Below are positions 1-11,878 of a stretch of 64,000 bases of DNA, one piece after another. The notes under the pieces are model-generated. The model was not told where the DNA came from and made no database searches. It saw nothing but the letters and a program-made list of their open reading frames with translations. The stretch spans positions 1,968,097-2,032,096 of the forward strand of contig WELB01000002.1 in the NCBI GenBank assembly GCA_009602725.1, read 5' to 3'. Numbering within the stretch: the first letter of the stretch is position 1; each line of letters opens with the position of its first letter. This stretch comes from Spirogloea muscicola (Eukaryota). A program made the position numbers and the translations under genes.

Positions 1-915
1 GCCGTGCTCTCGCTGCGGCCTCCGGCTTTCGTCAGGGGGATAGTTTACCGGCAGCTAGTCTGTCGGATGTGAGGCTCCTCACTCGTAACTACTAAGTGGT
101 CCATCCTCCCCCGTTCTGCCATAGCCTCTTCAGGCCCCGCAGTCGCTGCTTAGCTCGTAGTTTGGCCCCTTCGAACCTTGTCAATTCTTTTCGGGCTGGC
201 TTCTCACAGCCCTTGCCCCCTTTGGGAGAGCCACTTCTTCCCAATGGGGGCAAGGGCTGTGAAAAGCGAGTCCGAAAAGAGTTGACAAAGGGTCGAAGGG
301 GCCACAATGACGGATGGGCCTGAAAAATATTTTCGACTTCAGACCTTCAGACCTTGTCCATTCTTTTGGGCTGGCCTCTCCCAGCCACCAGTTAATCTGG
401 CCGCGCTTGCTTCTATGTCGGAATGGGTGGAGGATGGACTACTCAGTAGCTACCGAGTAATAGAGGAAGAAGTGGCTCTCCCAATGGGGGCAAGGGCTGT
501 GAAAAGCCAGCCCGAAAAGAATTAACAAAGGGTCGAAGGGGCCAAATGACGGAGGGGCCCAAAGCTCTACGGCAGAACGGGTGGAGGATGGACCACTCAG
601 TAGCGACGAGTGAGGAGCCTCAAATCCGACAGACTAGCTGCCGGAAAACAATCCCCCTGGCCAAAGCCAGAGGCTGCAGCGAGAGCCCGGCCAGCACGCA
701 GATGCAAGGCGTGTGCCATGGACCGCTGAAGGGAGACTGACAACCGCATGCGAAGGGGCCCATGAGCCAGCGGCGTTGAAGTCAGCCGGCTCACCTCGCC
801 TGCGGGACACAGCGTGCAGCGCAAGCTTGGCCAGCAGGTCGAGCCACTGGAACCCGAGAGCCCCGTGTACATCCACGGCCAGGGGTACAAATTCGGTTGC
901 ACGGTTCGCCTCCAG
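1..915. mobile_element. Stack of 5'-truncated CRE-like (RLE) non-LTR retrotransposon 3' ends, both orientations
   Basis: 1-95(+) encodes RALAAASGFRQGDSLPAASLSDVRLLTRNY*. About 465-915(-) encodes EFVPLAVDVHGALG..WLDLLAKLA..RMRLSVSLQRSMAHALH..LLTRRY* (frameshifted), resembling the FVPxxxExxG...RLSxxLQR end of CRE-clade RLE domains. The same 3' UTRs recur throughout the window. Confidence 0.8.
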
Positions 916-1099
916 AATATAGACAAGGTCTAGGGGAAGCCCCACAGAGGTCATTTCCATGGCGGGCTTGATGCGTGACGCCGGTAATTATGCGATTTTG
1001 GAAGTAACAAAAGTCATACTCATCGAAACGGATGCCCACGGACGTCATTATCGCCGCACCCAAGACATTGTGGGCGTGTAACCAGGCAAAGGAACAAGG

Positions 1100-1915
1100 G
1101 CTTTGGTCGATGTCGTCGTTACGGAGGCATCCAAAGGTTCAGCATCAACCCACATTGCCGGCCGCGCAGTAGGCAGTGCAGAACCAAATAAACTGCAGCA
1201 CTACATCGACTACCCCGTTGCAATGAGCTCCTGCCAGCCGCAGTCGATATCTCTGGCTGTCAGAGGTCCTCGAATCCACACCCTCTTTGAGAGAATTGCC
1301 AATCTACGCTATGATGACGCGCACATGGGCTTTCGGCCGAGATGTGCTTGCCAGCTGCATATCTGTCGTTCTTGCGCCATAGTGTGTTTGCCTGTTTGCA
1401 GCGCGCTCAGGCTCCAGCTTGCAACAGAAAGCTGGGCGAGATGTTGGTGGCAGTAGGGCTTGGAATTTGCCATCCGGTTTTCAAGCACCGATTTAGCGAC
1501 CTCTATGTGCTGACCCACTTTTACTCAGCAAACATCTTGCAGTTGGTAGTGTACGTCATTAGAGGTTCTTGCCCTTGGCCATTTGGCCTTCAATAATTTA
1601 GTACAAACAAGTTTTCCCACAGGGTATTGCTGGAGTGCCATTGCCACCCATGTTCCGGACCGTATGGCCCTTGTGTACTCCATGCGTCTGTCCATCGCCA
1701 TGCAGAGCTTTCGTGGCCCATGCTTTGCATCTGCACGCTGGCCGTGCCCTGGCTGCCGCCTCAGGGTGCACGGCAAGGCAACACCTTCTGGCTGCATTTC
1801 ATCTAGACTTGCGGCTGTTGGCCAGGGAGCAGGCCAGCTATCCTTAGTGATCACTTGCTATACATAGTGATTTCCGCTCTCCGGCCCCAGATTGTTCCTT
1901 ATGGGCGGCCTTTGA
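1100..1915 (+). mobile_element. Old, degenerate CRE-like element fragment with RLE core
   Basis: LVDVVVT..AGRAVGSAE..K..HY (RLE D-x(n)-A-E-x-x-K-x-x-x-Y-like motif) at about 1103-1205, and MRLSIAMQ..HALHLHAGRALAAASG..LDLRLLARE at about 1680-1830 with frameshifts. Confidence 0.6.
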
Positions 1916-2591
1916 CATCCATTGCCGCCTTCGGAGAGAGCTTCTTCATCTGCAACTATGCGGAGCCGTAGGTTGAGCAGCCCAGGGCCCTCTTCATATT
2001 TCCACATCAAGAGGAAGTCTTCAGTGAGTGGACGTAGAAGAGGTGAATCCAGAAATGCAGGACTGCCGTGGCTGCTCAGACATCCTAATCAGATGGGCAC
2101 AATCCGGCAGCGGTGGTGCCACCAGCAGCTCTGTCCAGGCCGCACTGCTGCTCAGCTCGGCGTCCTGTCCTGTTGGCTGCCAGGTCCACCACTTCCTAAT
2201 GGGCAGGCCCTCTCCTTTTCTTATTCAGTGAGTGCACTCGCCTTGTTCCAGCAGCCAACTGTTTGCTCAACTGTTGCACATTCTCTGAGCTGCCCTTTGC
2301 CATCACTCCCATGTCCAACCCTCCCCTCAGTGACCACCAAAGGCGACACTCGCTAGTCAGCAGAACATAGTGGTGGTCAGGACTCATAACCCCCACCCTC
2401 ATCTGCAGCAGGCAAAAGTGGTGAGCATGCCCGGCCCCTTGGCGACCACCCCTATGCACCTGCCCGAACCGCCAATGCTGTGGCGAGCCCTTTGCCACCA
2501 GGCGTCAGGCGGGGGTTTGACGGGCCCGGCACCCTGTAAGGCCCTTGCTTTGCACGCTAATGCAGCATGCCAGATAGCTATGCGTTCCAGG

Positions 2592-3609
2592 TCACAAGCG
2601 AGCTTGGGGAGGCGGCTGCACTTCTTGTCCTGGCGTCAGACTTCTTTGCCTTCCCAAACCCGTACCGAGCGTGACTCGCGCGATCGCCACCAAGCTGCCG
2701 GGCTGGTCCGTTTCATCATTTCCTAGATCTTTCCACAATCTCACCTCCCAAACCTGCACATGTGCAGGCCCCGCAGGTCAGATTTTATGATGACAGCCTG
2801 ACCCCTCTGCCTCAGAGCCTGCAAACCAGTGCTTCAGCAAGACAAGATGAGCGGCCTATCTGCTGATACGCCAAAAGTCGACTCTGCTTTGGAGCCAGAT
2901 CAGTGCATGGCCACGACCTCTTAGTAGAGTGACCAGTCCCAGCCCACCTTCACTAGTGGTACTAGACGGTCCGCAGTACCTGGATCGTCCTGCCCTGGTG
3001 AACAGGAACTGCCTTGGCTACAATGGACTCGCCCACGGCCACTGCTCGGACATGACTGCAGTTGACCTCCAGGCCAAGTGCCGGCCCGTTGCCCGTCAGA
3101 CCCCCCCCAATGCTGGCCAAGCTCTCCGCGATCAGCGCCGACACGCCACCATGCAGCTGGTTGTACGGCTGCGCAGTTCAGAGCAATTGCAACTGCTGCT
3201 GACGACTGACATGCGTGCTCGGCTCTTTGATCGGCCGCAAACAAAACGACGCGCCCAGCTGGGCCTCCGCAGGGCGCCAAGGGCCTAAATGAAAGGTACG
3301 CAGCCGGCACACTTTTGAGCATGGCACCTGCCTGGAAGCGTCCGTGACTCGCATGCGGGCAACAAGCTCGTCTTTGGTGGCCTTGGTCAGCCGCAGGCCT
3401 GGCGCAGGGGGTGGAGCAGCAGGCGGTGAGCGGAAGCCTGCGCCCGGCCCGAGGCTGGCGTGGGCGCGCACAGCTTGCAGACGCCGCGCGGCTGGGGGGG
3501 GGGGGGGGGGGGCCGCGGGAGCGTGGAGGGCAGCATGGGCGCGCGGACCTAGGAAGCGGTGGATGGGGAGGACGCGCAGGGCGTCGGCGCCGTCCTGCGC
3601 GGCGGCCAT
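2592..3609 (-). CDS. DHNAT: Hotdog-fold thioesterase, 1,4-dihydroxy-2-naphthoyl-CoA thioesterase (DHNAT/PaaI) type, spliced, C-terminal PTS1 ARL
   Basis: Exons read MAAAQDGADALRVLPIHRFLG | LRLTKATKDELVARMRVTDASRQ | ..GVSALIAESLASIGG..GLEVNCSHVRAV..PVHQGRTIQ | VWEVRLWK..AIARVTL..QARL*, joined by GT-AG introns. Confidence 0.85.
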
Positions 3610-3704
3610 GGCGGCGGCGCGGGAGGGGCGGCGGCAGCAGCTCGGGCGTGCGCGCGCGGACGGCGGGGCGCTTCTGAGCCGAGCGACGGCGCTCGGCGCG
3701 GATA

Positions 3705-4612
3705 CCTTTCCTTGTTGGCCCCTTAGCCAGCTCATAACCCGGTTAACAGGACATTTGTCAGGCTAGAGTTGGCCTCCCTTTTAGTTTCATGAGCACCGCG
3801 CGCCTTCTCCCTGGGCCCCGGGGCAGCTTCCTTCCTTCCTGCCTGCCTTTGGGTCTTGTGTGCTGCTACCGCATGCGTTTATCTATGTCCCTACAGCGGT
3901 CCCAAGCGCTCGCTTTGCACCGCCGCGCCGGTCGCGCCCTTGCAGCAGCCTCTGGGTTGCGCAGCGGGGTTGCTCTTCCCTTGCATTTTTGGCTTTGGAT
4001 ATTGTCCATGCTTTTTGGGCTGGCTTGGCCAGCCTTCTTCTCTAAGGGCTCGCCATTCTCTTCTCTTCCTCCCCTCAGCTCGTCTGACTTCATACTGCTG
4101 ACACGGGGGTACGAAGAAGTGGCTCTCCCAATGGGGGCAAGGGCTGTGAGAAGCCAGCCCGAAAAGAATTGACAAGGTTCGAAGGGGCCAAAGTACGAGC
4201 TAAGCAGCGACTGCGGGGCCTGAAGAGGCTATGGCAAACGGGGGAGGATGGACCACTCAGAAGTTACGAGTGAGGAGCCTCACTTCCGACAGACTAGCTG
4301 CCGGGAAACTATCAAAGTATCAAAGGAAACTATCCCCCTGACGAAAGCCGGAGGCCGCAGCGAGAGCACGGCCAGCACAAGAAGAGCGCCCTGTCTTCCT
4401 AGCCTGGTGGCTCCGTCATGAACACCTGTATGCATCTGGCTGGCCTCTTGCAGCCGCTCTTTTTATATCAGCAGCCGCATTCAATCTGTTTCTGGGCAGG
4501 ACCTCTTCAGGTCAAGGAAAAGCGCACGGGGCGCATGAAATGAAAAGGGAGGCCAATTCAAGCCAATTCACAGTTCAAGCAGAGGCGAGTGCAAACTACA
4601 CAAGGCTACAGA
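3705..4612. mobile_element. Nested stack of at least 5 CRE-like 3' fragments in the DHNAT/XPB divergent promoter
   Basis: YRMRLSMSLQRSQALALHRRAGRALAAASG..LLTRGY copy interrupted by two other lineages, and flanked by two TTGGCCTCCCTTT..TTTCATG(C/A)GC.CCG-type ends. Confidence 0.85.
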
Positions 4613-4777
4613 AGTCAAGTGGCCACTGGGTGCTCAGTATCCCCTTGGCTTAACGCTGGAGAGATCTCGCCCCCACGTCTCCCTCCCTGCCGTCTTCGTC
4701 CCACTCGCGCGCTGTGGCGCTTGCCAGCAACACTCGCCGCCCCGCCGAGCCCCTGCGGCGCCCGAGAGGCCGCCGCT

Positions 4778-7700
4778 ATGAAGGCCAAGCGGGCCCTGGC
4801 CGGCAACGGTGAGCTCCCTGGCTCTTCCATGTCACCAGCCACACGGCCCTGGCAGTCGCATCCATGTCATATCTCGTCAGGGCTGCGCTCACGCCGTAGG
4901 TCCCAGCCGGCTGTGCCACCTCAAAGTGACGGCGCAGCCCCGGCTCACCGCTTCCCGACTCCTTGCATCTCCTGGCAGGTGCCGCCGGCGTCAGCAAGCG
5001 GCCGTCCTCGCAGGTGGCGCCCTGCACCATGCTGCACACTGCATGCATACAAGGTCCCCTCATGTACCAGGTCGCCTGCTCCTGCCTCACATGCCGCCGG
5101 GTTCTCCTGCGAGCTCAGGGAGGAGGATCAGTGGCTGGCAGCGATGCGGAATTTGAGGAGGATGTGCTCGTTGTGGAGGAGGAATTCGAGCAAGGTAAGT
5201 GCTTCATTGCTGTCCAACTGCAGGCGCAGTTCTGCTTGTCTAAGTGGTTTCCACCAGGGCTCTGGGTCACAGCGATGGTCCATGACGCCTTCTGAGGCTC
5301 AGGTAAGAATTGAGGGGCAGAATCACTCATAAAAGGGCAATTGCTACTCATCTCCTGCCAGACGAAATGGTTGAAGTAGGTTCCTCTTCTTGTGGCTTGA
5401 CTGATGCTGGGTGGACTGATTGCCCGGGTCAGAGGTGAGTATATCCCTCTTAGGCTTACGCACCCATAGGCAAAGATTTAGGATACTATCTGATCTCATC
5501 AACCGGCCTGCAGTCGATGATAGGGAGGGGGACGAGTATGGGAAGGATGCAGAGCAGGTGGTCAGGGCTAGGGACTTCTCGAAAATGGAGCTGAAGCTTG
5601 ACCATGCGTTGCGCCCTCTGTGGGTCTGCATCGATGGCCGCATCTTCTTGGAGACATTTTCTCACTTGTACAAGCAGGCATACGACTTCCTCATTGCCAT
5701 CGCCGAGCCTGTTTGCAGGTGCATGATTCAGATGGCCTTTGCTTCTTGCACTAGCACAGACCCCTGCCGGCCCCTGCAGTGCATTCATTTGCACGGTTGC
5801 AAAGAGGGCCAAGCAAGGCATGGTTGTCCCCACTTGACATGCGCTTGTCTTTAACCCTGCTGTCAGGCCAGAGAGCTTACACGAGTACAACTTGACCCCC
5901 CATTCTTTGTACGCGGCCGTCTCAGTGGGACTCTCCACAGAGACCATCATCACAGTGCTGGACCGGTTATCCAAAACCAAGCTGCATAGTGAGATTGTGT
6001 CCTTCATCAGGAGCTCAACCCAGAATTATGGCAAGGTTAAGCTTGTCCTGCAGCGTAACCGCTTTTTCGTGGAGTCCCCTTATCCAGACGTGAGTGGATG
6101 CAACCTGCTTTTAGCTCTACTAATAGTATGACTAGAGATTCAAGCACGTAAAAGTTACATGCCATTTACATTCCAGCTATTTAGTGATGCTGACACTGCA
6201 AGCCCGCCGTTGTCTTCATTGGAAATTGGAGAAGCTGAAGTGGCAGCACTCATAATATGTCTTTGTACACCGTCTTCACAAAACCTTGTGTCCACTGTAT
6301 GGCGTGAAGGTCCTGAGGAAGCTGCTACAAGATGATACTATTTCTCGAGCACGCATAACCGCCTCTGTAATTGTGAGTGCAGCTCATCGTCAGCATATTA
6401 AGAGGCAACATACTTTGCTTGATTTGGCTTGTGCTTGTTGACATGAGCACCAATCTTAAACGTCCTGTTCCTGTACTGATCGAGACATGTCTACTCTCCA
6501 TGTGATGTGTCTTGCCAAGGGTGGACTTGTTGCAAGCATCCAGGTGAAGTCTATGTCAATAGGTCTGCTCTGCAATCACAAAAGTGTGCATGTCATTTGT
6601 GATGGGCAGCCTGGCAGCAGGCATGGAGATGAAGCTTTCACAGTAAGCAAGGCTCCACAGGAAGCTGCAGGAGCTGAGAAAGATCTGCTGGAAAGTGATG
6701 AAGCTGCTGCTGCTGTCCTGGAGGCACAAGAGACGAACATGCATTCCTTTGAGATTGACCCTGCGCAGGTGACATGTCTCTGCCACAAGGTCGTTTCTCA
6801 GTGTATCTTGGATAGTGCTTCTCCTGCAGACTATGGGAATGCAAGGATGAGCAGCACGTCAGTTGCTGCAATTGACTTTAGTTCCTTGAAGAAACAACCA
6901 AGGCAGGACCCTGCAGTCACCTTGGCTGAGTCAAATGTGTGGGGGTTACCTTGTAGGTTGAGCATGTGAAGCAGCGATGCTTGCCTGGTGCTTTGAATCA
7001 CCCTATGCTGGAGGAGTACGACTTCCGAAATGATACAGTGAGCAATACCAAAGCGGATACCAGGTCACTTGCACTTGGTTGCTGTCAGCCAGCTGTCAGC
7101 CACTTGCAGACTGAGAGCTCCATTCCTTAGAGGACTTGCCCTTTATGGACTGGGTACAGCATTGAGGTACTCCATTTTCTCTGGCAGGTCAATCCTGATC
7201 TGAATGTTGAGCTCAAACCACACGCTCAGCCACGTCCATATCAGGAGAAAAGCCTAAGCAAGATGTTTGGCAATGGTGAGTGTTTGTGACACAATGCTTT
7301 GGAAACCTTGTCTTGTGAGTAGCTAGGCATTATTTCATTGGATTGGCCATAAAAGCTGATGTTACTCTTCAAGGTGACACGCTGGACCATGAATAACACT
7401 CTGTTTACACTGCCTAGAATCTCAATTAGATGAAAATTGTATTGTGCAGGAAGAGCACGGTCTGGTATTATAGTGCTGCCTTGTGGAGCAGGAAAGTCAC
7501 TGGTTGGAGTTTCAGCAGCAGTCCGCATCCGCAAGAGCTGCCTGGTCCTGGCAACAAATGCTGTGTCTGTGGATCAGTGGTGCTTCCAATTTAAGCTCTG
7601 GTCCACTGTGAGAGACGATCAGGTCAGAGCAGAGCTGTGCATTGATGCGAATTATCTGTCCTTAGTCTGTGTTTGATAAGAAGTTGGATGTTGGTCTGAG

Positions 7701-9911
7701 CTGTGCTAGTTGACCAGCTAATCTTTGTGTTTGATGTAGATTTCGCGGTTCACTTCTGATAGCAAGGAGCGATTTAAGGGGCAGTGCGGAGTTGTTGTCA
7801 CAACGTACAACATGATTGCCTTTGGTGGGAAGCGTTCAGTCGAGTCTGAAAGGATCATCCAGGATATACGATCCCGGGAGTGGGGCCTTCTTCTAATGGA
7901 CGAGGTGAGACTTAACCAACACCCCATTCAATCTTGTTGCTGCTATACCTGGATGCATGATGATGAAAGGTTCCCAGAGGGCCTCGTTTTAGTCGTTGTG
8001 GCAGACTCAATAGTGGTTGCCATCCTCTTTTGGGTTTGCAGGTGCATGTTGTGCCAGCAGCAATGTTTCGTCGAGTGATCAGCACTACACGCTCACACTG
8101 CAAACTTGGCCTCACGGCTACACTTGTGAGGGAGGACGAAAGAATATCTGACCTCAACTTCCTGATTGGCCCAAAATTGTATGAAGCAAACTGGTTGGAT
8201 CTAGTGAGGGGAGGATTCATAGCAAATGTACAGTGCGTGGAAGTCTGGTGCCCCATGACCCGCGAATTCTATGCAGAGTATCTCAAGGACTCCAATGCTC
8301 GCAAGCGCCAGGTTTGTGCTTAGCTCACTATGGACTTGCTATAATCTTAACCTTTGGATCTGGCAGCAGCTACAGTGAGACGAGACTCTGTTTGCGGCAT
8401 TGCACTATATAGCAGGCTACCCATAGGCCCAGGAGACAGCCTGGGAGGCCAGGCTTATATCTTGTCATGGCTCCTCGTGGTCTGCTTTCATCCCTGCTTT
8501 CTTCATTGGCAGGCACTCTATGTGATGAATCCGAACAAGTTCCGAGCTTGCGAGTATCTCATCCGCTTCCATGAACAGCAGCGAGGCGATAAGATAATTG
8601 TCTTTTCCGACAATCTTTTTGCTCTGCGTATGTATGCGGAGAAACTCCGCAGGCCAATGATATTCGGGCCAACCAGGTGCTGCAGCTACTTAGCCTTACA
8701 GCTCTCTTGGCAGTCCTGTCAAGTACCGCGCTGATTCCATGGGGCTTGTCTTTGCTGACCACTTTTTACTTTCTCTTACTGGTACTTGCGCTTCAAATTG
8801 AACAATGACTGAGGCAAGTGCACTTCGGAATGTGCAGTCATCATGAACGAACCAGGATATTGTATGCCTTCAAGCACAGCCCCGATGTCAACACTGTTTT
8901 CTTATCGAAGGTACAAATATTGAGCAAGCTGTTGTGGAATCCTCAGTTGTGAAACTCAAAAGGTCACTTGCACTACTTTGACCTCAAGGGAAGCCGATGC
9001 TTATTGAAGCTAGGGCCTGTGTGCGCCTGTGTGCAGGTTGGTGACAACAGCATAGACATTCCAGAAGCAAACGTGATCATTCAGATTTCCAGTCATGCCG
9101 GTTCCAGGCGCCAGGAGGCTCAGCGCCTGGGAAGAATACTGAGAGCTAAGGGCAAACCTCAGGACCGGCAGGCAGGTGGTGCTGAGGAGTACAATGCCTT
9201 CTTCTATTCGCTGGTATCCACAGATACTCAAGAGATGTACTACAGCAACAAGCGGCAACAATTTCTGATTGACCAAGGTTACTCCTTCAAGGTGGTGACT
9301 TCACTACCCCCTGCAGATGAGGGGCCTTCACTCGGTTACCACCACCTGGACGACCAGATGGACCTCCTCACAAAGGTTTGCATCTGACTGGATACACGTT
9401 GTCCAGCAGATGTGTTGCTTTGCCTGTTGCCGGGGAACATTCGCTCGAGTGTGAATGTTCACTCGCAGGAGTAATCTGCCTCGCCTTTGCAGGTCCTGAA
9501 TGCTGGGGAAGCTGGACTGGCAGAGGATGACTCCTTGGAGGACCCTGACGACGTGACCAGGACGTCCTTGCCTGCCCGTCGGACAGTTGGATCAATGAGT
9601 GCAATGTCAGGAGCTAATGGCATGATATACATGGAGTACAGGTGTGGTGCTTATCATGAACCTCGTCTGTGGTGCATGGCAGCTGAGCTGCAGTGATACA
9701 GGGAAAGCCTTCAACTGGCTCTGTGGTTGTCATGGGTGTGTATGACCCTGAGGTTGACCGATGTAATAGTATATTGAAGCATTGTTTTGGTTGCTGCAGT
9801 ACCAAGGGGCAATCGGGACGACTAGATGGAGCAGGGCGCGGGGCTGGGAAGAGTGCAAAGCCCAAGGACCCCCTCAAGCGGCACACTCTATTCAAGAGCC
9901 GTTTCCGATGA
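4778..9911 (+). CDS. XPB: TFIIH DNA helicase subunit XPB (ERCC3/SSL2), multi-exon
   Basis: [53 protein letters not shown], Walker [59 protein letters not shown]-terminus [10 protein letters not shown]. The first small exons are less certain. Confidence 0.96.
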
Positions 9912-11878
9912 ATGCTAGGTATGCTTCTGTGCTGGAGGAGCACAGGTGGAGCAACCATACAACAAAGACATGTCCACTGGTGGTCATCTCTGGTGCCATT
10001 TCAGTAAAGAGCCTGAGAGGTTGAGTAGGAGGCTGAAGTGGCGAGACCTTTTGCAGCCTGCAGCAGACAAGGGTGTAACAAAGTTGATTCATCCAGCACT
10101 CTCAGGTATTCTCTATTCTTCTTACATTGGTCTAGCTAGTCAGTGTGACATTGACTTCATGCTTTCTCCTTGACTTCATGCATGCAGCGGATCCGGCCAT
10201 CAGCACGATGATGCACACGTTGTTGGCTATTGCTGGTCAGATTAGCCAATGCAAGAAACCGAAGTCAAGAGTTTTAAGCACAAGAAGTGGACTCTTACAC
10301 TACAATGGATGGTCTCGCTCGATGCATCACATCTCTCCCACCAATGCTCGCAGCAATGGGTTGTTTGCGATAGTGTCTGGTCATGGTCCTGATGCCAAAG
10401 TTTTGCTCCTCACACAGGCTGGCAGGTGGTCAGTCATTTCAAGGCAATACCAGGATTATGAATCAGGCAAATGCAGGCTTGACTCTCCCTGTCCATCTGT
10501 CCGCAAGCAAGCTGCACCTAGGGTTATCTGCAAAGGACTGTCATGGCCGTTGGAGGGGTCTGCAAAGCCCTAAAAGTTGATGAAACTGTCGAGGGAGCAG
10601 TGGGCCGATGATGATGCGCCTACAATCAGGCTCACCGTGCTCATAGCAATATCAGCTATCAGCTAATGCACAAGTCTGTGTGGGGCTCACAGACTTGTAC
10701 ATTTGGGCTTGCGTACTCGTGTTGTCAAAGTGCCTCACCCTGCCTACATTACTACGTCAACTTGACTGGATATTGCCGATCTCCCATGAGGAGATTTTAG
10801 ATTGGAGGCTCAAGCAAGCACGACATGGAGAAGGACCTCCAGACTAACAGTCTGTCAGAAAGGCTACCGCCTTAAGTGTTTGTGAATCGTAGTCTGATTG
10901 CCACAGTATCTGTAGAAGCAGGCATTGATGATTCTTATACCTTGGAGGAAAAGGCAGTAATGCTGGTACAGATTGCTTGATTTTTTCACCATGACAGGTG
11001 AATGAAAGATCGCTTTCAAGTAGCATAACAAGCTGAAGATGCTCAAAGACAACGAATTTGGGTATCAATTGCCATCTTGGGCCAGAACCAGATCATGCAA
11101 TTCTGCCAATGGAATAAAGTCAGGCGTGTTGGGCACAGAATCATTGTATCAGCACTTGCTCATCTTTACCTCATATCAGCAACTCATCTTCAACACTTTA
11201 AAAATCACTCAACAGTACTACGTCAGGACGCTGCGAGACTGCAAAGTGACACGTTACACGTTTCTTGAGATGGCGCCTTGATAGAATGTACCAGGGCTGA
11301 AAAGCGTAGCCTGGGAGCTTAGAAGTCGACGAACTGATATGCAAGCACCAAACGCATGTGCTTCACATATCTCAGGACAGCTTCCTGTTCAGCAAGGCCA
11401 AAGCTAGAAAAAGCCAGTGCACTACTTCAAGGTGGCAGCAATTGTGCTGGATCACTGGGTATTTAACAACTTGACTGAAGCATTTCAGAGAATCAATCAT
11501 CGAGGAGCAGAGAAAGTGCTATGTGAAGCTACAAGGAAAAGTAGTCGGACTTATGAGCACGCAATTGTTATGCTCTTCTACCTACTCATAATAAGCAAAG
11601 GGATGATGTAGCAGGATAAGTCTTCTGTTTCATCAGGTTGTGTAGCCAATTCGGCAGTACCCACTGATAAAAATGGCTGCAGGGCTCGCATTGCAATGGC
11701 AAAGCTTTTAATTCGGCCTGCTGCAGGATAGGAATGCTGGAGTGAGGATAACGCAGGACCACTTGGGAAAGAACAAAATTTGTGAGCTACTGAGCAAAGG
11801 CAGATCATCTGCCAGCTTCTTGTGCGGCCAACTGCAGCTGACGTTTGGTATTGAAGTCGAAAGGAGAACACCAATTCC

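Noticed and set aside
1..600. Recurring GGGCTGG..CAGCCC palindromic units as a CRISPR array or REP elements
   Set aside because: Eukaryotic context, irregular spacing, mixed orientation, no cas genes, and the units follow retroelement ORF ends.
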